Positions 22,411 to 33,416 of a DNA stretch of 33,416 nt are shown here, piece by piece. Under the pieces are notes generated by a model, which was given only the letters and a program-made list of their open reading frames with translations, ran no database searches and was not told the origin of the DNA. How positions within the stretch are numbered: the stretch's first letter is position 1; each line of letters starts with the position of its first letter. Both the position numbers and the translations under genes were made by a program. Where the stretch lies: assembly GCA_032718475.1 (NCBI GenBank), contig JAUCBJ010007682.1, positions 1 to 33,416 on the forward strand, written 5' to 3'. The DNA is from Nemertoderma westbladi (lineage: Eukaryota; Animalia; Xenacoelomorpha).

Positions 22411-22706
22411 TCGGTCGGTCGGTCGGTCGGTCGGTCGGTCGGTCGGTCGGTCGGTCGGTCGGTCGGTCGGTCGGTCGGTCGGTCGGTCGGTCGGTCGGTC
22501 GGTCGGTCGGTCGGTCGGTCGGTCGGTCGGTCGGTCGGTCGGTCGGTCGGTCGGTCGGTCGGTCGGTCGGTCGGTCGGTCGGTCGGTCGGTCGGTCGGTC
22601 GGTCGGTCGGTCGGTCGGTCGGTCGGTCGGTCGGTCGGTCGGTCGGTCGGTCGGTCGGTCGGTCGGTCGGTCGGTCGGTCGGTGGCACGGTCGGTCGGTC
22701 GGTCGG
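22411..22706. repeat. (TCGG)n microsatellite, about 68 perfect copies plus a short interrupted extension
   Basis: Directly visible; source of the spurious VGRS/PTDR ORFs. Confidence 0.99.
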
Positions 22707-23360
22707 CCGGCCGGCGGACGGACTGAACGACCGACCGGCCGACATGAACCCTTTTCCTTATGACTCAGTTACACTCGACGGCGTACAGTGCATGCATATC
22801 CTTCTCAAACCCCAAGTCAGAATTAAATTATTGGGCCGCATTAATGTGACAGTGATATATTTACATTTTAGATTATTTGGTCTTCAGGGAATATCAGATG
22901 AGGCTTGAGTTTATTTTATATTACAAAAAATATTTTGACGGAAGAACCCTAGGGACTACAATCATCAAATAACCAAAATACTGTAAGTTGGAATCACAAA
23001 GAATTATTCAACAAGCCAACTCTGCCTGTCATACTAATCTGGTAAATCCTTACCGACGAGTAGGAAAGAATGCCCACCCGTCAGTAGCCACAGTACTAAT
23101 TGCAACGCCCGACCCACATAAACTGATTACTTAGCTTTTAGAAACGATAAGATAAGAATTTAAAGGTTTATGATAAAGAATTGACAGAATAATTTGTCCA
23201 TTGGGAATCTGGGACAAGTCCCCCCCTCCAACACCCTACGCTTTGAGCCCTATCGCACATTTTTAGGTCCGTGTAGCGAGAACTCTAGTATTCTCACTCC
23301 GGTTGTTGTTGTTGGGGTTGTTGTTCATCTCCAGTTGGGATTTAGTAATAAAGCTTCAAT

Positions 23361-23545
23361 GCGGCGCAGTGGCGAAGTTGGTAGAGCGTTGGATTTGGAA
23401 TCTTCTAGGTACCGAGTTCAATCCCCCATTCCGGTGAATGTTTCTTTTGTTGTAAGATTTGTATTAAGCCATTCAAGGAGTCAGTAGACGCGGATCTTTG
23501 AGCGATTAAATTTTATTAAATGCTTAAATTTTCAAATAAAATTAC
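23361..23545 (+). mobile_element. tRNA-derived SINE or tRNA pseudogene head with AT-rich tail
   Basis: A box TGGCGAAGTTGG (23370-23381), B box GAGTTCAATCCC (23414-23425); cloverleaf stems imperfect. Confidence 0.6.
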
Positions 23546-23701
23546 AAACTATGTCGTCATAAACTAGCTCTTTGTGTAAGTTTCTCGTAACACTCTATTT
23601 CAACCTCTCAGCCACCGCTCTGATTTTAAACCTGCCACACACTAAAAAGTGCTAGAATATAATATTATTAATAGTTTAAATGGATGGGGTGGGGTACTTA
23701 C

Positions 23702-23871
23702 CGCCCCGCACTTAGCACAGCTGTTCTCCCTATTGCCACTGTGACAGGGGAGGCAGATATTCTTTCCGTCTTTCTGCACGAACTGTTTGCTTCCGATCGC
23801 TTCCTCACAGTTCGCGCACTTGAAGCAGCACTCGTGGAAATTCATGCCTTTAAAACTCATCGCCTTAACGC
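23702..23871 (-). CDS. Internal coding exon (170 nt, phase 1 to 0) of multi-LIM gene
   Basis: Acceptor TTTTGTCTTATAG, donor GTAAGT; translates (G)VKAMSFKGMNFHECCFKCANCEEAIGSKQFVQKDGKNICLPCHSGNRENSCAKCGA, similar to FHL-family LIM repeats. Confidence 0.95.
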
Positions 23872-23939
23872 CTATAAGACAAAATTGAATATTAAACACG
23901 ACCTGTAGTTGGGAACCCCAGTTCCTATTTGTGTTTAAG

Positions 23940-24272
23940 CGGGATCCCGATCCCGAAAAACCGTGATCCCGGGGAAAACTGCAATCCCGATCCCGGTCCC
24001 GACATTTTTTGAAACGGGATCCCGAAGTATAAATAGTGAAGTAATTTTTTTGAATATCTAATAAATAGTTGCAGCAGAACGGAAATGTTTTGAATATATC
24101 GAATGTTGATTTCAGTAAACCATCCAGTAATCAATTGCAAAATAATTTTAATATAACTTTATCTTACTAATATTTCAGAAGTGTAAGATAAAGTTAGTGT
24201 TACCCATAACCCGCCAAATATACTAATAACTTTGAATTAAATCCAAAATTGCAATCTCGATCCCGAAAAACT
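23940..24272. mobile_element. Probable MITE fragment with clustered GATCCCG subterminal motifs
   Basis: GATCCCG/ATCCCG repeated about 7 times at 23941-24025 and again at about 24252-24270; no paired TIR or TSD found. Confidence 0.4.
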
Positions 24273-24334
24273 AGCGCGGTAGGTCGAAAACGTTTACTGT
24301 ATCTTTAATTATTAATGTAATATACCCAGCTAAT

Positions 24335-25680
24335 TCTTTCGTTATAGTTACTGTCACCCCCTTTCTTATTGTTACTGTCACACCCTTTCTTATTGTTACT
24401 GTCACACCCTTTCTTATTGTTACTGTCACTCCCTTTCTTATAGTTAATGTCACACCCTTTCTTATAGTTACTGTCACAATCTTTCTTATAGTTACTGTCA
24501 CACCATTTCTTATAGTTACTGTCACGCCCTTTCTTATAGTTACTGTCACAATCTTTCTTATAGTTACTGTCACACCATTTCTTATAGTTACTGTCACGCC
24601 CTTTCTTATTGTTACTGTCACACCCTTTCTTATAGTTACTGTCACACCCTTTCTTATTGTTACTGTCACACCATTTCTTATAGTTACTGTCACGCCCTTT
24701 CTTATAGTTACTGTCACACCCTTTCTTATAGTTACTGTCACAACCTTTCTTATAGTTATTGTCACACCCTTTCTTATAGTTACTGTCACAATCTTTCTTA
24801 TAGTTACTGTCACACCATTTCTTATAGTTACTGTCACGCCCTTTCTTATTGTTACTGTCACACCCTTTCTTATAGTTACTGTCACACCCTTTCTTATAGT
24901 TACTGTCACAACAATTGTTATAGTTAATGTCACACCCTTTCTTATAGTTACTGTCACACCATTTCTTATAGTTACTGTCACGCCCTTTCTTATAGTTACT
25001 GTCACGCCCTTTCTTATAGTTACTGTCACACCATTTCTTATAGTTACTGTCACACCCTTTCTTATAGTTACTGTCACACCAATTCTTATAGTTACTGTCA
25101 CAACCTTTCTTATAGTTACTGTCACACCCTTTCTTATAGTTACTGTCACACCCTTTCTTATAGTTACTGTCACATCCTTTCTTATAGTTACTGTCACACC
25201 AATTCTTATAGTTACTGTCACAACCTTTCTTATAGTTACTGTCACACCCTTTCTTATAGTTACTGTCACACCAATTCTTATAGTTACTGTCACACCAATT
25301 CTTATAGTTAATGTCACACCCTTTCTTATAGTTACTGTCACACCCTTTCTTATAGTTACTGTCACGCCCTTTCTTATAGTTACTGTCACACCATTTCTTA
25401 TAGTTACTGTCACACCCTTTCTTATAGTTACGTCACACCAATTCTTATAGTTACTGTCACACCAATTCGTATAGTTAATGTCACACCCTTTCTTATAGTT
25501 ACTGTCACACCCTTTCTTATAGTTACTGTCACAAACTTTCTTATAGTTACTGTCACACCAATTCATATAGTTACTGTCACAACCTTTCTTATAGTTACTG
25601 TCACACCCTTTCTTATATTTACTGTCACACCAATTCTTATAGTTACTGTCACACCCTATCTTATAGTTACTGTCACACCC
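24335..25680. repeat. 21-bp minisatellite TTTCTTATAGTTACTGTCACACCC-type, about 64 copies
   Basis: Directly visible; source of the spurious 431-aa VTVTIRKG ORF. Confidence 0.99.
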
Positions 25681-26752
25681 ACCGTTTGTTACGGGTACGG
25701 CACATAGTTACTGTCTCAGCCTTTCCCACCTCATCTTACCTTATGTAATTCAATTTTTAGTCTATTATTTGAAATAAAGTCATTTAACACATGGATGGCG
25801 TAGACATGCAAAGGACAATCTAATTAGATTTATATATATTCTTCCCTAAATCTCACATAAACCGCCTCTGAAGATGCCACTTCTTTTCTAACGAATAACC
25901 ATGGACAGGACAGCGCGTAAGGCAACATTTCTGACCTGAATTCCCTGGAAATTTTAACAATTAACCGTCCATGCGGGAATTATCGCGAATGAATGAACAT
26001 TGAGGCGTCGGAAATTGTAATCCAATACAAATGGTTTGGTAATTCCCCTAATGGACGATTCTATCAGCGACATGGTTCGCTTAATCCTGCCAGTTAATTT
26101 TCACGCTGAGCTGTATTATGAAGGCTACGGAAGCTCAATATTCCTAGGTAAGGTGGCGCCATACAAGGTAAGTGTGTGCGTGCAACGCGTCCCTGAATGG
26201 CAGAGAGCGCGTTACTTTGAGTTTGGACAAAGGGATATAGATTCGGATATACATTAGGGAGAGCTTCGCGGTATTAATTAGACGAGGGTGCTAAATCCGG
26301 TGGCTTTCCGTTCCGGAGCTGCCAGCTTTGCTCTCCGGTTACGGCAACGTGTTAATATAATGTTACGAGTGAAAGAGCGCGATGTAATAGTAATAATATT
26401 GAAATCGTACTGAGCGCATACACGTCTATCTACTGTAAATTATGAAACAATGAATGTCGGCAATAATGGAAAAGCGAATCGAGGCCAACAGAAAAGATTG
26501 TTGATTCGAAATATTACTTCATTTCGGGTGGTAAACATGTTGTGGGGTTTTCGAGCAACAAGGCACAAATTTCTTACGAAGCAGTGCGCCGACTTTAATC
26601 CGGATTTTATTTTTCATCCAATGTGGAATGAGGTTAATATTGGCCTGTCAAAAGATTTGGTGTACCGGTACACTACAATGTAGTTCTAGAATTATTGTTA
26701 CATATAAAACCTGTAGCAAAATTAATAGCTTTTCTAGAAGACTCTGACTTAC

Positions 26753-26939
26753 CGATTATCTTCTCCCCACAAGTATCGCAAACTTTCGCGTAAATATCGC
26801 CGTAGCAATTGGTACAGAAGTATCCTTCGGGTTTTACGTAGAAACTCAGTCCGTCCAACGATGACTGACATTGCGCGCAGAAGAAACACTCCGGGTGGTA
26901 GTTCTTATCCTGGTACGTCACGGCCCGACCGCTAATCAA
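26753..26939 (-). CDS. Internal coding exon (187 nt, phase 0 to 1) of multi-LIM gene; most 5' exon found in the window
   Basis: Acceptor TTTTGTTTATTTTAG, donor GTAAGT; translates LISGRAVTYQDKNYHPECFFCAQCQSSLDGLSFYVKPEGYFCTNCYGDIYAKVCDTCGEKII(G). It begins mid-LIM, so an upstream exon must exist. Confidence 0.95.
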
Positions 26940-27446
26940 CTAAAATAAACAAAATATATCATCAATTGGATTGAGACACCGTTAATAATAAATTATATTT
27001 TGAGTGGGTATTACAATAATCGATCCCTACCGCTGATATTTCTAACAGAGAAGCAATTTCCACGGTCCACCACCCCCTGTCTGGCCTAGCATGTGCTGCG
27101 GTTTACATCGCTTGATGTTAGAATCAACGCCATATGGTATTCAATGATAAAATGATAATTATAATTTCAATAAATAAAGTTATTACACGCCATGGTCACA
27201 TATGCGAGAATCTATAAATGGTAAGTCATATGCGAACTTTAGAATAACATAGTAGTGCATACACTAAATGCTTGGTATCACATCACATCACATCACTATA
27301 TCATTGCGTTACTTGCATTTCTTTATGACGGGGATGGGTGTATGTGTTGTGTATTACACATACAAAGAGACACACAAATACATATTACCGTAATTCAGTG
27401 ACAAGGACCACCCTACAATTTTTGGATGTAAACGTTACGCCGAAAG

Positions 27447-29692
27447 CCGACAACCGATAGACGACAGTAGACAGCCGACAACCGACAGTAGTCAACAGAC
27501 AACCGACAGTAGTCAACAGACAACCGACAGTAGTCAACCGTCAGCCGAGAGTAGTCAACCGTCAGCCGACAGCTGACAACCCACAGGGTTCAACCGACAG
27601 CCGACAGCAGACAACCGACAGTAGACATCCGACAACTGACAGTCGACAGCCAACAACCGACAGCCGACCGTAGATAACCGACAGCCGACAGCAGACATCC
27701 GACAGTAGACCACCGACAGCCGACAGCAGACAACCGACACAAATCTGAATTGACATCTGAATTTTTTGAGAAACTGGAAAAGGATAAAGAAATTGTATTA
27801 TACAGACTTTCTATAATGCATCCTCTATTATCTGAAACAAATCTCAATATAGATTTAGAATTACCGTGCGATGATTTTCCGGCAAAATTGCTCAAAACTC
27901 ACGAATTCCAAAATATGTGGAATTTAGCAAAGCAGTTGCCAGTTCAGCCGGAACGATATAACCCTGGGTTTGCCATAGTGACGCTTGGAACAGGTGGAAG
28001 TTGCCTCCGAGTGAGACGCTTCAAAAATGGGAGATTTAGGTGTCTCACTTGCCCATCTTTTAGGAGGCTGACTATATGTTGCCACACCCCAAGTTATGCA
28101 AAGTTTGATGATGAAAGTCAAGCCCTCGTGGATTGTTGGGAGTCTCATTGGATATTAGAGAAACTCACGGCCTTTTCCGCGGCCAGTACAGTTGGTAGAA
28201 TGGATCCGGGATCCGGAAACAGACAAGGGAAGAAAAAAGTTCCTACAGTTGCGCAGATGAAAAATAGCTCCAGATACGGGAAAATTTATTCTAGTTCTAG
28301 GTTCCATAAATGACGGCAAAGCGTACAAATGCTATGGTTGCTATGGCTGCTATGGTTGCTCGGGATATATTAGGAAGTCGAGTGGACAACTTCTTTGTTC
28401 CTCCGAAGATTTAGTATTAAAAACTTGGGATCGTCGAAGTTATCTGGGATCCAGTAATGAAATCAAAATCACCATTGGAAAATAACTTATAAACATTTCA
28501 TCTTCAAATTACCTGCGTTGTTTTAAAATACCAGCATTTTCTATTAATGACGTGTTCATTGATAATGCTTTATATAAACAATTAGACAGCGCTCAAATTG
28601 AAATAATTCGAAATTTTCGCTTGGTTTGATTCAATCTAAACTCCAGGTTCGGGAGGGGGGGGGGGGGGGGGGGTGATACATTCGATTTATTTGATATCAT
28701 TTTTTGCGATATATGATTTATCTCGATGTTTAGGGAGCGGGTGTGTGACAATCATTTATTTGTCCTTACGCCTTATTAAGCCAATAATTTTAATATTTTA
28801 ATTAAACGCAATCAATCGAACATATATTATAACAATTACACTTTACGAATATTAAACCAAGACGTACTAAACAAATATTAATATCGTTATTATCGACCTT
28901 GTTGGCTGTCGGTTGTCTGCTGTCGGTTGTCTGCTGTAGGTTTTCGACTGTCAGTTGTCGACTGTCAGTTGTCGACTGTCAGTTGTCTGTTGTCGGTTGT
29001 CGGCTGTTGGTTGTCTGTTGTCGGCTGTCGGTTGTTGGCTGTCGGTTGTCGGCTGTCGGTTGTCAGTTGTCGGCCGTCTTTTGTCGGTTGTCGGCTATCG
29101 TCTGTCGGTTGTCGGCAGTCGGTTGTTGGCTGTCGGTTGTCTGCTGTCGGTTGTCTGCTGTAGGTTTTCGACTGTCAGTTGTCGACTGTCAGTTGTCTGT
29201 TATCGGCTGTCGGTTGTCGGCTGCTGGTTGTCTGTTGTCGGCTGTCGGTTGTTGGCTGTCGGTTGTCGGCTGTCGGGTGTCGGTTGTCAGTTGTCGGCCG
29301 TCTTTTGTCGGTTGTCGGCTATCGTCTGTCGGTTGTCGGTTGTCGGCAGTCGGTTGTTGGCTGTCGGTTGTCGGCTGCCAGTTGTCGGCTGTCGGCCGTC
29401 TGTTGTTGGCTGTCGGTTGTCGGCTGCCAGTTGTCTGCTGTCGGTTGTCTGCTGTGGGTTTTCGACTGTCAGTTGTCGACTGTCAGTTGTCGACTGTCAG
29501 TTGTCTGTTGTCGGCTGTCGGTTGTCGGCTGTTGGTTGTCTGTTGTCGGCTGTCGGTTGTCGGCTGTCGGTTGTCAGTTGTCGGCCGTCTTTTGTCGGTT
29601 GTTGGCTATCGTCTGTCGGCAGTCGGTTGTTGCCTGTCGGTTGTCGACTGCCAGTTGTCGGCTGTCGGCCGTCTGTTGTCGGCTATCGGTTT
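27447..29692. mobile_element. Foldback/MULE-like element remnant: inverted arrays of 7-bp repeats around a transposase fragment
   Basis: (CCGACAG/CCGACAA)n at about 27447-27740 and the reverse complement (CTGTCGG/TTGTCGG)n at about 28900-29692, enclosing a SWIM-finger reading frame. True termini and TSD not found. Confidence 0.7.
27750..28600 (+). pseudogene. Frameshifted C-terminal remnant of a SWIM zinc-finger (MULE-type) transposase
   Basis: CLTCPSFRRLTICCH resembles SWIM C-x-C-xn-C-x-H. After a frameshift near 28310 the frame continues DGKAYKCYGC...EDLVLKTWDRRSY, and after another FHLQITCVVLKY, suggesting a second Cys/His finger. Confidence 0.6.
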
Positions 29693-30120
29693 CACCGGGC
29701 AGACGAATTTCGTGAAAAAATCAAATTTTTTATATTGTTTCTTTAAGAACGAAATTGTATGGAGAATTCAAATATTTACGCGGTTTCGCAATATCACCTT
29801 TAGTTTTCAAAATATTGGGCTTTTTTCACTACTTGCACTTTTCGTACCATATCAAAATTTCAAAATTCCAGAGATTTGTCTAATTACGCCAATTTTAATT
29901 CTTGTTTTTTAGGTCGGTAAATCCGATGGTAACACTTTAAATAATCTGACCCAAGTCTTGCCTGTTATTTATTACTGTTTTTTTGCAGTACTTGCACTTT
30001 TCGTTCTAAATAAAAATTTCAATGTGATGGACAAACAGACAGACACAAAGCCTAGGTTGCGCCAAACAAAAAAAATTCCATCAGAAATAAAATCTCCGCA
30101 TTTAAAAATAAAATTTCCGT

Positions 30121-31137
30121 AATTAATTGGAGAGTATATTAGTTAATTAATTGGAGAGTATATTAGTTAATTAATTGGAGAGTATATTAGTTAATTAATT
30201 GGAGAATATATTAGTTAATTAATGGGAGAGTATATTAGTTAATTAATTGGAGAATATATTAGTTAATTAATGGGAGAGTATATTAGTTAATTAATTTGAG
30301 AGTATATCAGTTAATTAATTGGAGAGTATATTAGTTAATTAATTGGAGAGTATATTAGTTAATTAATTGGAAAGTATATTAGTTAATTAATTGGAGAGTA
30401 TATTAGTTAATTAATTTGAGAGTATATTAGTTAATTAATTTGAGAGTATATTAGTTAATTAATTGGAGAGTATATTAGTTAATTAATTGGAGAGTATATT
30501 AGTTAATTAATTTGAGAGTATATTAGTTAATTAATTGGAGAGTATATTAGTTAATTAATTGGAAAGTATATTAGTTAATTAATTGGAGAGTATATTAGTT
30601 AATTAATTTGAGAGTATATTAGTTAATTAATTGGAGAGTATATTAGTTAATTAATTGGAGAGTATATTAGTTAATTAATTTGAGAGTATATTAGTTAATT
30701 AATTTGAGAGTATATTAGTTAATTAATTGGAGAGTATATTAGTTAATTAATTGGAGAGTATATTAGTTAATTAATTTGAGAGTATATTAGTTAATTAATT
30801 GGAGAGTATATTAGTTAATTAATTTGAGAGTATATTAGTTAATTAATTGGAGAGTATATTAGTTAATTAATTTGAGAGTATATTAGTTAATTAATTTGAG
30901 AGTATATTAGTTAATTAATTGGAGAGTATATTAGTTAATTAATTGGAGAGTATATTAGTTAATTAATTGGTGAGTATATTAGTTAATTAATTGGAGAGTA
31001 TATTAGTTAATTAATTGGAGAGTATATTAGTTAATTAATTGGAGAGTATATTAGTTAATGAATTGGAGAGTATATTAGTTAATTAATTGGAGAGTATATT
31101 AGTTAATTAATTGGATGGTATATAAGTTAATTAATTA
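30121..31137. repeat. 24-bp minisatellite AATTAATTGGAGAGTATATTAGTT, about 42 copies
   Basis: Directly visible, very homogeneous. Confidence 0.99.
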
Positions 31138-31604
31138 CAGACTTAGCAGGTCGTATAGGATAGAAGTTGTCCTCATTAAATATACGAAGGAGCACGAAAA
31201 ATACTACCATGAATACCGGAGGTGATTACTGCCTAGTGCCCAAGGTAATCAATCCCTAATGTAACATATAGGAGAAGGGGTAGCTGACGTTGGTTAGATA
31301 ACAACCTCCATCGGTCGATAATAAGGCCCCTTCATGTAGGGTGGAAGTGATTTCCGAAACCCGCACATTGCTGGGAGTTGCGAAGGGTAATAGAGTGGAG
31401 CGCATCCGGATTAATGTCCTTTACAATTATTGATAGTCCGTTACAATAGAGGTTACGGCGTGCCACGCCGCTGGGCCTTTGTATAGAAAGAAGAGCGCCA
31501 GTACCTATATATTATATAGGATTCTAACTGAGGAAAATTAACTAACAAACCATTAGCATCAGTTATGTGAGTTACTGTTGCGTGTCAGGAATAAGGGATA
31601 GTAA

Positions 31605-31859
31605 TAGTTCGAATGTCGGTAGTTCAAATGTGGGCTGTTTGAATGTCGGTAGTTCAAATGTCGGCTGTTCGAATGTCGGCAGTTCTAATGTCGGAAGTTG
31701 GAATGTCGTCAGTTCGAATGTCGGTAGTTAGAATCGGTAGTTCGAATGTCGTCAGTTCGAATCTCGGTATTTCAAATGTCGGCTGTTCGAATGTCGGTAG
31801 TTCGAATGTCGGTAATTCGAATGTCGTTAGTTAGAATGTCGGTAGTTCTAATGTCGGTA
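31605..31859. repeat. 15-bp tandem repeat GTAGTTCGAATGTCG, about 17 diverged copies
   Basis: Directly visible; resembles subterminal arrays of DNA transposons but no termini identified. Confidence 0.9.
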
Positions 31860-32689
31860 ATATCGGTAGATTGAATGGCTCAGGGTTAGTACTTAGAATA
31901 CTAGAAATACACGAAGTAGGGCTTTCGCGCAGCACGTGAGATAAATGCATGTTAAGTGCCAACTCGAAAGAAGGAAGCAAAATATGAGCAGATTTCCCTT
32001 GATCAGTTTTACCAAAATTTTCAACTCGACAGCTCTATATCCGTCATTATTAGCATTTATCCGTCATTATTAGCATGTCAATATTTATGACGACGACAAC
32101 ACCTATTTGCAAATATTTACCCACCCTAACGGTGTCGGTTCGCTATGGCTTCCCCAACTTCGTGGCTTGCCCCACACAGAAGTGAATTATTACATATACT
32201 GATATCACGTGTCATACCTCTTAATCTCTCCCCCATTATGTGTACACCTTTGACATATGAGAAACAATCGTTTTCCCCCAAAATACAAATTATCCCAAAT
32301 TGTTTTTTTTCAAAATAGGAAAAGGTCATCAAATATGACTATAAAATATTGCAGCCAGTCAAAGAATGCGGCATGTTTCTAGTAAGCAAAAATAGGCAAA
32401 AGTCCACGGTAACATAGTATCGCGATAATTCCAGTACGAATTTTAAAGAATAGAGTCTTACAGTTGGTTTATACTGAAATCTTGCAACGCACCGCACCGC
32501 ATCACGTATCCCATCACACTCCACAATACATTGCCCCATCTCATTTTATTGTTCTCTCTCTGCCTGTCTAAATAATAAATCAATGTAAATGTAAATCAAT
32601 GCATCCCACGATTGTTGAACTCTACACGCTAAGTTTCCTACTCCTGTGGCATCCACATCCACATGATTTCCATCCTAGGAACATCATAA

Positions 32690-33050
32690 ACTGCCAAGGA
32701 ACCTCATTGATTTACTGCAAATTTCGCACTGGTCGCAAATTCAATCTGACCTCTTAATCCGACGGTTTCATCCCAATCAGTAGGACAATCCGATCCTCCC
32801 ACAATGATAATTGAATTCCTCACGCAGCCCAAACGGCAAACCAATCTCAATTGAGAAAATCAGACTGACATGAGTTTAACCTCAATCCTCTTAACCCCAT
32901 ATTTAATCAGGAGGCCATAATCAACAAAGGGTAAAGCAATCAGAGGACATGGCATCTTGGACGCAATGCCAAACCCAAAGAACTCTTACAGTGATACGGA
33001 AACCACAAGTAATTAACAATTACTTCGGTATGCAACAAATCCATCACTAT
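32690..33050 (+). pseudogene. Possible heavily degraded LINE RT remnant
   Basis: A/C-rich strand; broken peptides W-S-Q...N-L-T-(L)-N-P, QTDMS, KELLQ*Y, LRYA occur in the order expected for a CR1/L2-like RT C-terminal region, but several frameshifts are needed. Confidence 0.3.
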
Positions 33051-33416
33051 CAATTGTAACCAGTTTACGCATATTTTTAAACAACACTTCCTTCCGGCCC
33101 GGATCGCAAAATACAATAATCACATATCACATACTGTTTTATTACGCAGTACTGTGGGATACAGACTGAAATGATGAGCTTTGCTTTTTGGCGTGTTAAT
33201 TTTATTGTTAGACCCTTTAACAAAACACCGTACGGTAAGCTTTGTATCTGCATTATCAACTTTTTCTCACTCCATATTATAATTGCAACAAACAAAACAT
33301 TCAAGAAGTAAAAAGATCCATTATTGTTCAGTAGGCGCTATCTCCATTGGCCGGTAATCTTTAATCTCCCCAAAGATCAAAGATATTCCAGTTGACCTAC
33401 TAACTGTACTATACGG

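Noticed and set aside
22200-22908. VGRS/PTDR-repeat ORFs
   Set aside because: Translation of the stop-free (TCGG)n microsatellite.
23361-23436. Functional tRNA gene
   Set aside because: A and B boxes are present but acceptor, anticodon and T stems pair poorly; more consistent with a SINE head or pseudogene. The same applies at 9931.
24271-25566. 431-aa VTVTIRKG repeat protein (antifreeze or beta-solenoid-like)
   Set aside because: Arises from a 21-bp intronic minisatellite; a 1-bp deletion near 25431 shifts the frame, and there is no unique coding flank or splice evidence.
28899-29912. Cys/Val/Arg-rich ORFs (also 27555-27895 and 31643-31834)
   Set aside because: Products of stop-poor 7-bp and 15-bp tandem repeats.
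31280-31395. Ribozyme-like words (ACC-TCCATC-GGT; GGAAG/TTTCC-GAAAC...GGGTA)
   Set aside because: No CUGANGA adjacent to the putative stem II and no P1/P2 pairing for an HDV fold.
26940-33416. Further upstream LIM exons
   Set aside because: No Cys/His-patterned minus-strand exon found by eye; presumed to lie beyond the window.

Overview
AT-rich, repeat-dense eukaryotic (animal, most likely invertebrate) genomic DNA; nothing prokaryotic. The only host gene is the 3' part of a minus-strand multi-LIM (FHL/four-and-a-half-LIM-like) gene. I reconstruct four phase-compatible GT-AG coding exons (26753-26939, 23702-23871, 22155-22338, 13238-13392), two of which are absent from the ORF track. The rest is transposon-derived or tandemly repeated: two ~1 kb foldback MITEs; a three-level nest (TIR element > Helentron-like non-autonomous element > 5'-truncated RTE-type LINE with a perfect 13-bp TSD); tRNA-derived SINEs; a solo LTR; a MULE/foldback remnant; and several mini/microsatellites. 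Most notable: (i) about 6 kb of 21/23-bp satellite in the last intron whose sense strand is an almost G-free array of perfect UACUAAC branch-point/STAR-protein motifs ending about 25 nt before the 3' splice site; (ii) a ~450-bp densely base-paired segment inside the solo LTR that splits this satellite; (iii) a tandem array of CTCF-like motifs in a TE; (iv) TA-flanked insertion footprints. All analysis was by eye; copy numbers are length/period estimates and family assignments need database confirmation.
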